A stretch of 22,177 nucleotides of DNA, the filler included, from Lophium mytilinum (lineage: Eukaryota), in the NCBI GenBank assembly GCA_010093605.1. It is 14 parts of 14 records of this genome, joined end to end, with 100 filler letters (N's around TTAATTAATTAA, not from the genome) between each part and the next. Parts side by side here need not be neighbours in the genome. Positions count along the whole stretch, not along the records: positions 21,050 to 22,177 come from MU004229.1; 13 more parts are not named here. One strand, 5' to 3'. Below are positions 21,050-22,177 of this stretch, piece by piece. Each line of letters begins with the position of its first letter. The first letter of the stretch is position 1. The position numbers and the translations under genes are program-made. Under the pieces are notes generated by a model, which saw only the letters and a program-made list of their open reading frames with translations, ran no database searches and was not told the DNA's origin.

Positions 21050-22177
21050 CTTAGTAAGTTATCTAAAGCCCGCCTATACCCTATATCTACTAATAAACTC
21101 CGTATTATTAAGAAATAGCTTAATAATAATTTAGCTAAGAGCTATATTAGATAATTATAATTATAAGTCTCTTTACCTATTCTTCTTATATATAAGCCGG
21201 GGGGTAGTATCTAGTTCTATATTAACTATAGAGCTGTTAACACCCTTACTATTAAAATATAATATCTAATCCCGCTTATCTAGGAAACTCTTTACTACCT
21301 TAGTAAAGCTAAGTAGTTTACTAAACTTAATATTATTGCGGCCTTTAATAAAGTTTATATAGCCCCTAGCTATAAATATAAAATAGCCTTTATAATATAC
21401 TATAGTAAATATAAGTCCCTTATTATACTCTTTAGTATTATAGGGGGCTCTAGAACCTTTTAATTCTTTATTAATTATATACTATATAATTTTCTTAATA
21501 AATTCTATATAGTATACCTAGATAATATTCTTATTTATATAGAAGGTTTAAAAGAGAATTATAAGGCCTATATAGCTACTATTCTTAAATGCCTAAAAGT
21601 AGTAGGTCTATATATTAACCTATTTAAGTGCGCGTTTAATTAAAAGAAAGTTATCTACCTAGAATTAATTATTTCTACTAACGGAATCTATATAGATCTA
21701 GAGAAAGTTACTACTATTCTTAAGTAAAGTATACTAAATTATATTAAAGATATCTAAGCCTTTATTAGCCTATCTAATTTCTACTAATAGTTTATTTATA
21801 GGTTCTTATAAATTATTAAACCCCTTACTAATATAATAAAACTCTAAGAAGAATAAAAGAAACCCCGTTTCTTATAGATAGAAGCCTATAAAAAGAGCTT
21901 CCGCGCGCTTAAAAAAGTATTTATAGAAGTATCTATTCTTATATACTTCTAATATAGTAAGAAAGTCTTTCTTAAAATAGACGCTTCTAATTATATAATA
22001 GCCGGCGTTATATTCTAAATTAGACCTAATAGCCTTCTATACCTAGTTGCCTTTTTCTTCTTTAAGATATTACTAGCTAAGTATAACTATAAAACCTATA
22101 ATAAAGAACTTTTTACTATAGTTAAGGCCTTTAAAGAATAGAGACCTAAGCTTATAAGCGCTAATTCTAATAATCTA
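21050..22177 (+). mobile_element. pol: Ty3/gypsy reverse transcriptase and RNase H relic, RIP-inactivated
   Basis: One 376-codon frame: RLYPIS...KPGGSI*FYINYRAVN (=KPGGGxRFCxDYRAxN), FTKLNIIAAFNK, YLDNILIY at 21515 (=YLDDILIY), IDLEKV, IDASNY (=TDASDY), LVAFF, NYKTYNKEL (=NYETYDKEL), KE*RP (=EEWRP). Confidence 0.96.

Overview
This window is not a continuous locus. It is 14 short unplaced contigs in strictly decreasing length (>=1972, 1844, 1836, 1826, 1616, 1529, 1462, 1351, 1342, 1316, 1249, 1231, 1175, 1128 nt), joined by an artificial 100-nt linker (N44-TTAATTAATTAA-N44). The source looks like a filamentous ascomycete. Most contigs are AT-rich, TpA-saturated and CpA/TpG-depleted, the signature of repeat-induced point mutation (RIP). 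Reversing C>T/G>A changes by eye recovers a Tad1-like LINE ORF1 (contig 3) and ORF2 C-terminus (contig 11), and Ty3/gypsy gag plus protease (contig 4), integrase (contig 6) and RT-RNase H (contig 14). Contig 2 holds a copia-type LTR with a half-tRNA-iMet primer site, nested with an older copy of the same LTR. Contig 7 is a ~75-bp satellite with a 299-bp higher-order period. Contig 9 is mitochondrial (5' nad2, a tRNA, a degenerate cox1 fragment). Contigs 10 and 13 are two differently RIP-mutated copies of one unclassified repeat. I found no intact nuclear gene and no convincing new biological system. The most interesting items are the higher-order satellite, the unusual LTR element and the odd mitochondrial arrangement.
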